From positions 542,178-606,177 of the forward strand of contig ML992509.1 of the NCBI GenBank assembly GCA_010093995.1: a stretch of DNA of 64,000 nucleotides, given 5' to 3'. Position 1 is the stretch's first letter. Each line of letters begins with the position of its first letter. Below are positions 57,149 through 64,000 of this stretch, in pieces. A model generated the notes under the pieces. The model did not search any database and was not told the DNA's origin. It saw only the letters and a list, made by a program, of their open reading frames with translations. A program made the translations under genes and the position numbers. The DNA comes from Elsinoe ampelina. Taxonomy: Eukaryota.

Positions 57149-59677
57149 CTACTTGGCTCTCTTCCTCTTGTCCTTCTCCCGCGCGTACTGGTTCCCTTCT
57201 CTTCCTTCTTCGCTGTTGATCTCCGCCACCAGACGGCGGAACTTCTTCTCGTAGGCCGCGTCCTTTTCTTTCTTCTCCCGGAGCTGTTCGCGGGCGATGA
57301 AGTGCGAGTCCTTGCGGAGTTCGCGGATGGCTCCCTTGCGTTCGCGCTTGTACTCTTTGCGCAGCTTGGCGGCGTCGGAGCGCTCTTTGTCGGGGTCGTA
57401 GTGCTTGCCCGGCATGAAGTTCTCTTCGAACTTGGGTATCGAGGTGCGGATTGGGAGGGGTCGGTGGTGGTGTAGTTCGAGAGGACGGCGTGCGAGGCGA
57501 GCTTGTGAGAGGAAAATGTCGATGTGCTTCGCTGCCTTGGCGTCGATGGCGCGTAGAGCTTTATGTGCTGCTGGGGTGAAGATCTCTGCAAAGGCAGGGA
57601 GATGGCGGTATTGTTCTGCCATTGCCAGCAGGTTGGACACGTGTGATTGTCGGACATCGGATGAAGATGGTGCGTCGAGTTGGAGGGCCTTGATGGTAAA
57701 GCGAAGAGCTTCTGGGATGTATCGTTTCGATAACCGCTGGTAGTGGAGACTCAGAGCGACTAGGAAGGCTCCTGTCTGCAATTGTTCCTCGCTAGAAGGC
57801 GTCACAAAGGCAAGCCATTTAGCAATAAGCGTGATCGCTGGTGTGACGACCTGATGGAAGTGGTCCGACGTGGGATAGATTGATCCAATAGCTGTGAGTA
57901 TGACCAAGTCTCCTTTCTTGATGTCACCGGTCTTGTGTATGACACCGAGGTGGGCTCTAAATGCCTCAGCTATCTCCAATGGGAACGTCCGGGACAAAGA
58001 ATGCAAGTGTCGTATAATATTCTCAACAATTGCCAGTGGCTGACTATTGCTGCCCATGTATGAGATGTGATCTACCAGAGCTCGGGAGAAGTCGGATAGT
58101 TTAGCTTTGTTGTCTGCAGATAGAGATGGGTGATACAGAGCACGGATTCTCTGTATGACGGTCGGAACATCATCAAAGTTTACAGTCTTGAATATGTTCA
58201 GTAGCTCCTCATGATTCCGTGGGCACGAATATGTGTAGGCGACAGACGAATTTGTGGCGTTGCCAGAGTCAGTGGTAGTCTTCAACTCATCATCGAGGAT
58301 GCCCTTGACAAACTCATCCTCCTCATCAGCTTCGTCAGGAGCGTGGACGCCATTGGTCTGGAGGTCCTCGTCTTCGCTGTCGTCCATTTCGCTTCCTGAT
58401 TCCAAGTCTGATCCGCTGGCGACCAGATCCTCATCGAGCTCGAATTCGTCTTCGTCATCCAAGACCGGCATCTTCTCCTTCCCTGCAGGTGCGGTGAAAC
58501 CGAATTCAGCAGCATCGTCCCTCTCCTCATCCTCGTGCTGAAGATCTTCCCCTGCGACGGCCTTTGCGGCCTTCTCGCGCTCGTCTCCAGATTCCTCAGA
58601 CTCCTCACCACGCATGCGGCGCTGTCTTGATTGTTCAAGCTCCTTCAATCGCTCTGCTTCGTCCTTTGCTCTCTCTTCATCCGTCTTTGTCCTGTCTGCT
58701 GGGGCCGCGCGCTTGTCCAGGGCGAGCTGGCGTAACCGCGAGTCGTATTCCTTGTCCGCCTGCTCTCGTGGCACGCCTTGCAGCATAGCCAGTCGATCTG
58801 CGTTCATCTGAGGCTCTGCAGGCCTGATAGTGTCATCCTGCTTTGGTGGATCGATCTTGCGGTTCGTGAATAGAAGTGGCATCAGATCGGCCATACCTGA
58901 GTCCAGCTTTGCTCGAAGATCATCGTCGTCCTCTTTTGCCTTTTGTCGCTCGTACTTGTAGAGCTTGGACTTTGCCATGACCTCCTTCATTACCTCTTGT
59001 TTCGACTTCTTCCGCGCCGGTTGGTTATCGTCGTCCATGTCCGATCCACCTTCCTGATCACCATCCAAGTCGGTCTCGGACGGTCGTCTTCGTTTCAAGA
59101 GACCCTTCTCCGCGTCAGATTCGTCTTCTGAACCCGTGAGCGCCTCATCGAAGTCGTCCACGCCGCCAAATCCATTCTCCAGGTCCAGAGCTTTACCCAA
59201 ATGTGTCAATCCTGTTTGCTCCTGGTCGTCCCCTTCGAGATCGAAAACGTTGTCGCGCTTCCTCTTTCCCTCTCCTCGCATGTACCGCTGTAACGCCTTC
59301 TCTTCGGGAGTCATGGTGGCATCATCTTCGCCGATCCTCCTGTCCACGATGCCTCCGGACTTGTTCCGTCTCTGCAATTCCGGCAGTAGATTCTGTCTTC
59401 GAGTCTTCTCGCCCATGCTTTTCGTGACTCCAGGGCGGCCGACGGTCGCCGGACCATTCCGGTCTGCTGCATGTGCGAATTTGGCATTTCGAGCGGGAGC
59501 CTTGATCTCGAAGGGGTTGAAGCTGTCTCGAATTTGCTGCAATGCGGCCTGTTTCTGTAGACGCTGGTCTACGCTCTGGTCGCGGCCGGACTTCTTCTGC
59601 TTTTTTGATTTCTGAGGACCGACCAGACCCTGCTCTCGTAGAGACGCCTTGAGGCGCTTCAGCTGCGACGGAGGCAT
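57149..59677 (-). CDS. NOP14: Nucleolar protein Nop14
   Basis: MPPSQLKRLK, FNPFE, GGIVDRRIGE, LTHLG, KSKQEVMKEVMAKSK, YPTSDHFHQVVTPA, KRERKGAIRELRKD. Confidence 0.96.
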   Translation of the reverse strand: MPPSQLKRLKASLREQGLVGPQKSKKQKKSGRDQSVDQRLQKQAALQQIRDSFNPFEIKAPARNAKFAHAADRNGPATVGRPGVTKSMGEKTRRQNLLPELQRRNKSGGIVDRRIGEDDATMTPEEKALQRYMRGEGKRKRDNVFDLEGDDQEQTGLTHLGKALDLENGFGGVDDFDEALTGSEDESDAEKGLLKRRRPSETDLDGDQEGGSDMDDDNQPARKKSKQEVMKEVMAKSKLYKYERQKAKEDDDDLRAKLDSGMADLMPLLFTNRKIDPPKQDDTIRPAEPQMNADRLAMLQGVPREQADKEYDSRLRQLALDKRAAPADRTKTDEERAKDEAERLKELEQSRQRRMRGEESEESGDEREKAAKAVAGEDLQHEDEERDDAAEFGFTAPAGKEKMPVLDDEDEFELDEDLVASGSDLESGSEMDDSEDEDLQTNGVHAPDEADEEDEFVKGILDDELKTTTDSGNATNSSVAYTYSCPRNHEELLNIFKTVNFDDVPTVIQRIRALYHPSLSADNKAKLSDFSRALVDHISYMGSNSQPLAIVENIIRHLHSLSRTFPLEIAEAFRAHLGVIHKTGDIKKGDLVILTAIGSIYPTSDHFHQVVTPAITLIAKWLAFVTPSSEEQLQTGAFLVALSLHYQRLSKRYIPEALRFTIKALQLDAPSSSDVRQSHVSNLLAMAEQYRHLPAFAEIFTPAAHKALRAIDAKAAKHIDIFLSQARLARRPLELHHHRPLPIRTSIPKFEENFMPGKHYDPDKERSDAAKLRKEYKRERKGAIRELRKDSHFIAREQLREKKEKDAAYEKKFRRLVAEINSEEGREGNQYAREKDKRKRAK

Positions 59678-60153
59678 GGTACGGCGGAGGATGATATGTC
59701 TGTATCTGCGGGTATGAGGTGGACTTGACTCCCGCAAAATAATTCTGCCGGCTACGTTCACCGCCTTTGACCACTGGATATTACTGTACCTCGGAGGTAC
59801 GGAACATACGTTGGAACTGAACTGGACGTTGAGAGTTGAGACTCTCTCCCCCGCCAGGATCAGAAGTGCAGGCAGCGCGCGTCAAACCAAGCCACAATTC
59901 AATCATTCTTGGACACGGCCAAACGATCAGACGCCTGTTCTCCAGATTCTCTCCGCCCTTGATTTCTCCGTCTTCCCCCGACTCAGCAGTTGGTATATGC
60001 TTAGTTTAATTCTTCCCGTTCAACGCGGTATCTCTATTATATATCCGATCGAGAGGGAGGTGGATGGCTTTTTTGGGTCCAGTCGTATCCCCGCGGCATC
60101 GGGAAATGCTCTGTCTACACGACGCTCATTCTTGAAGAGTCAAACACTACCAG

Positions 60154-62365
60154 ATGTCGTCGTCGAACGAGACACCATACGAGATTGGCAGTCTCAGACG
60201 TTCAGAAGATGGCCAACTATCATTCATTGGCAGCTCCTCTGGCGTGTATTTTATCAATACTGTCCGTCAGGCCTTCGCCAGTGCTATAGCATCTCAGAAT
60301 GCGAGCACAAATCATAGCAGAGAAGGTAGCCACCTCGACGACGAGCTGAACAGCTATCTTGCGGGCCACACTCCGGGGGATAATGGTCACATGGACCGTC
60401 GCTCAGCGCCTGGCAACGTAACACACGAGCGATCTGACTTTCTGGTGGAATTGACGAAAGCACTACCAGAGAAGGACGTGGTTAAAGACTTGGTCACGAA
60501 CTTCTTCCGATCATGGCATCCACTGTTGCCGTTCCTTTACGGACCTGGTTTCATGACACAGCTTGACTCTGTCTACGAGACGCAGAATCATACTTGGAAC
60601 GAGCGATGTTTCTTGATCACCCTGCATTGCGTCATGCGCATCGCTGCGTTAGACCATCAGGATACAATCGAGTTGCCACCTTCAATGTGCGATCGGCCTT
60701 CAAAATTGATGGCTTTACTCGGACCTATTTCGCTTGACAATCGTCTGGTGTCCACACAGACACTGCTAGCAGCTCAATTGTACTTTACAGCTGCTTTGTC
60801 ATTGGATGCGGCATCGACCGTATCTGGCCTGGCGGTCCGCTCAATCGTCAAAAGTGGACTTCATAGATGTCCATATCGCTATCCGAACATCGCTGAAGAC
60901 GACCGTGTCATGAGAAAGCGAATCTTCTGGAGTGCATACATTCTCGATCGCTTTCTCACGCAGTCATTAGGCCACCCACTTGGACTTCAAGATGGAGACA
61001 TAGATGTTTGCCTTCCTTCGCCTGGCGAGCTACACACCCGGCATCTGAACGGTCAAAGCGCTCGGCCCTGGTTCGAAACGGATCGTTCTCGGAAGGAAGT
61101 GGTGCTTTCCAACACTATCAAGTGTGCAAAGTATACCGGTCAAATTCTGGAAATGTTCCACAAGTCAGTACATGCTCGTGCCCTAACCCGTCAGGCCCTG
61201 CTAGCCCTGGAAGCTGAGGTTGACGGGTGGTACAACCAACTACCCCGCAGGCTGGAAGGTACAACCAGCTCAGTGCATTCAAAGGCCTTTTTCGACATCT
61301 CGTACAACCACCTCAAGCTTCTTATGAATAGGCCATTCCTCTCATTAGATCCTTTCTCGCCGGTGTTCCTCGCGTCGATGCAAAAGTGTCTCTCAGCAGC
61401 GAGAAACATCATTGACACGTTCATCGAGCAGCTCGACGCTGGACATGACTTGAAATGGCCAGGCTACATGTCATGTGCGTGGATGGCCGGACTGCTGGTC
61501 GCGTTTGCTGCTCAATGCAATCAGTATCCTCTCGAGCATGCCAAGGAGTAAGCTCAACCCACTCTTCTCTTGTATGCTTTCTGGCAGACAGCTAACCTCC
61601 GCAGCGACATTGCCCAAAGCCTCGAGGTTCTTACACACATGGGGAAGCGGTGGAAAGCCGCTGCCCACTGTGCGAATGCTCTGCGCATATTGAAAGACCG
61701 CATGCATGTCCTCGACACTGAGCTGCCAAAGCAGAGCCCGATGGTGACGGCGGATACGGACAGTCCGGACTTGACCGAGCTGTTCAGTCACAGCAGTAGC
61801 AAAAGACCAATACCCTCACGAGAACGGGATAATCCCGGATCTTCCAAGAGGCGTCGGGCTGAGAGCGATGGTAAGTGGATCCCAACTTCAGTACGAATGG
61901 AAAGCATTCACTTCCAAAACAATCACCCGCAACACACGGCGGGCACTTGATGTCTCATTTCGATCAATCTAACACCTAGTAGCAGATGCAAGCTCGAATG
62001 GCAGTCCCATCGTCCGTCAATCAGACGTCCAACTTGCGCCCGAATCAGCGCACGATCGCAATATCGACATGGCGCCTACGCCTCGCACCTGGAACGGTCC
62101 TATACGTCCTCCACAATCTGACACTTCAGGCTACGCTCAGCCGCCGCCCGGGTCCGCTCAAGCCATGTTTGCCCAGAGCAGGCAGCAAGCTCTTGACGCA
62201 GCTCGCACCTCCAATGCGGCCGATGGAATGGGCTACTACTATCAGCCATACCCTATCTCCACCGACATGTTTCAGAGCACCGACCTGGAGTCCCTCCTCG
62301 CCTCGATGGACCCCAATCAATTCTTCCCTGGTACCATGAACAATTTTGAGCCCCCTGAAACCTGA
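60154..62365 (+). CDS. Fungal-specific transcription factor domain (Fungal_trans/middle homology domain) protein lacking a Zn2Cys6 domain; introns 61548-61604 and 61871-~61985
   Basis: SFIGSSSG, LP..LV..FF..HPLLPFL, GLHR, RKRIFWSAYILDRFL..LGHPLGLQD.DIDV.LP; splicing joins the 61570 and 62069 ORFs in frame. Confidence 0.9.
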
Positions 62366-62522
62366 GATCGCTTTGAGCGCCCGCGCAGAACAACAGCATC
62401 CCTGCTCGGGCTTTCTCAGGTCTACAGCAGTTACCAGGCCCTGCCGTCGGCAATGTAACAAATTCGATTCTTGACCGCGGCATGTCGAGAGAACGACTAT
62501 ACACCGACACCAGCCGTCGAGC

Positions 62523-63355
62523 TCACCAGAAGACATCCTGATCTAGCTCGCGCTCGCCAGAACGTCCTCCGCGATGAGTCTGCACTCGCTTGGCTGGGCG
62601 TTCCTCGGTCAATCGTCGTGTAAGAGTGCTAGGTCCGGAACTAGGAGTACTGCCACTATAGCCGCCACTAGGCATCTCCGGCTCCGGCATCCTCTCGATC
62701 GAGTCCCTTCTTCGTTTGTCAACGTCATCGACAGATCCGAAGGCAGCACGTGGCAAGATACCACCACTATGCGACCTCGAAGGACGACGAATGCCTTGCC
62801 GAACGACACTTCCGGACTTGGCATGCCACCAGCGGCGAATGTCCTCTGGCGTGTCCAGAGGATAGTCACTCCAGTATCTCGGGTCCGGACGCTCGAAAGT
62901 GATACCCCCAGCTTGGCCCTGATTCATGACAGAGGAACCATACACGACAGAGGTGACTTGGGCATCGTCCAGTAGCGCAAGAGCGCGGATAAGCAATTCT
63001 TCGGTTCTTATGAGTCTGCTTTCCAGCATTTCAGCGTATCCCTTCAGCGGACCCCTAGCACACAGTCAGCGTTTCTGTCCCTGTAGCCAACAGACTATAG
63101 CGTCTTACCTCTTCTGCTGCTGCGGCCACTCGCACTTTCTCCTCGTCGCTTGACATTGCTGGCACTGCGGCTTGACGCCATTACACTGCGATGTTAAGCA
63201 ACTGTATATATCTTAATGTGAATACTTGATGCTACCTTTTGCTTCCTCGAACGACACGCCAAACACGCCAAAGGTATCCTTGTCGCGGGTTTTGCATTAG
63301 TCGACGACTCCGCCGGGCTCTGCGACGTCGGCGATGCTTGGCTCTCGGCCTGCAT
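62523..63355 (-). CDS. Small Zn(II)2Cys6 DNA-binding protein (242 aa) without a middle homology domain; exons 63355-63236, 63185-63109, 63054-62523
   Basis: Spliced MQAESQ...RIPLACLACRSRKQK/CNGVKPQCQQCQATRRKCEWPQQQKR/GPLKGYAEMLESRL; GTAGCA and GTAAGA donors, CAG/TAG acceptors; 729 bp in total. The ORF track shows only the last exon. Confidence 0.92.
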
Positions 63356-63919
63356 TGCTGGAGATGTATCGACTGTCTCTCTATCCTGCGTCCGGGGCCT
63401 CTAATCTGCACTCAGTGTATTGTGCTTGAATGGCCGGATGGATGCGCCAGAACCTTGAGGCGACTTCTGTCGAGGTTCGGGCACGGGCGGAGTGCTGGAG
63501 AAATTGAGGTTGAACCCCGCTTTTCCCCAGACGGCGCTAGTGGAGCTGGTGGTGGCAAGTCGTGCCAGATGTAGAGAAATGAGCCACAGACTTCTTGCCA
63601 CGCCGTTGGTCAATCAAGCTCGCCGGCTGGTTGGCGCATGATTTTCGGCCCGCTGTGGCTCAGGCTTCGTGGGGATCAGATCCTCCTTCCGACAGCCAGC
63701 CATGCCGAGACACGGTTAATTATTTAGCCCCAGCGTTGGTCCGAAAATGCTTGGATCGGCTCTGCTGCAGACATCGTTATTCGATTCTAGAGTTCTGCGG
63801 AGCAAAGCTGCATTTACGTGACCGCATCCAGGGACCGAGGCGGCCGATCACGCCTCAAAGGTAAAGACAACCGGCAATGAAAACGAAGGCCAGAAGCATG
63901 TTTCTTCACCCCCTCTCGG

Positions 63920-63930
63920 TTATATATATA
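63920..63930 (+). promoter_or_regulatory. TATA-like element, probably of a gene starting just beyond the window
   Basis: TTATATATATA followed by an A/C-rich 5'UTR-like tract running to the window end. Confidence 0.45.
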
Positions 63931-64000
63931 CAAGTACCATTCCACACATCATCTTTTCCTAACTAAAACATAAAATAAACTAGCAGCAACCCATTTGACA

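Noticed and set aside
60145..60153. CACTACCAG before the TF ATG as the acceptor for a missed Zn2Cys6 exon
   Set aside because: It may be a 5'UTR or short-exon acceptor, but no Cys-x2-Cys coding pattern exists between the NOP14 start and this point.

Overview
Gene-dense genomic DNA from a filamentous ascomycete (short GT-AG introns with CTAAC/CTGAC branch sites; Dothideomycete-like is my guess). About 22 protein-coding genes flank a 15.8-kb AT-rich, RIP-mutated island at 31375-47169. Left of the island: Zn-dependent polyol dehydrogenase, MFS sugar porter, secreted Gly-rich protein, BTB protein, DOA1, NNR1, MRPS16, a solo histone H4, a PNP_UDP (Pfs) protein, mitochondrial RRF, BNA1, a Ctr copper transporter, BRR2, a membrane alpha/beta-fold protein and a hypothetical protein. 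Right of the island: PPR-like protein, ORC3, UTP23, MIL1/DUF726, NOP14 and a transcription-factor pair. The island resolves into a ~1.74-kb foldback-type DNA element (39-bp TIRs, TA flanks, long inverted arms). Two complete ~7-kb Ty3/Gypsy chromovirus copies inserted independently into it, one per arm, in opposite orientation, making a giant near-palindrome. Best leads: (1) both retroelements carry a RIP-killed antisense ORF that back-translates to a Zn(II)2Cys6-spaced cluster plus coiled coil; (2) a convergent host gene pair in which one gene has the fungal TF regulatory domain with no DNA-binding domain and the other has only the Zn2Cys6 DNA-binding domain, i.e. a possible split transcription factor; (3) the nested palindromic architecture. 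All calls come from manual reading; no database searches were run.
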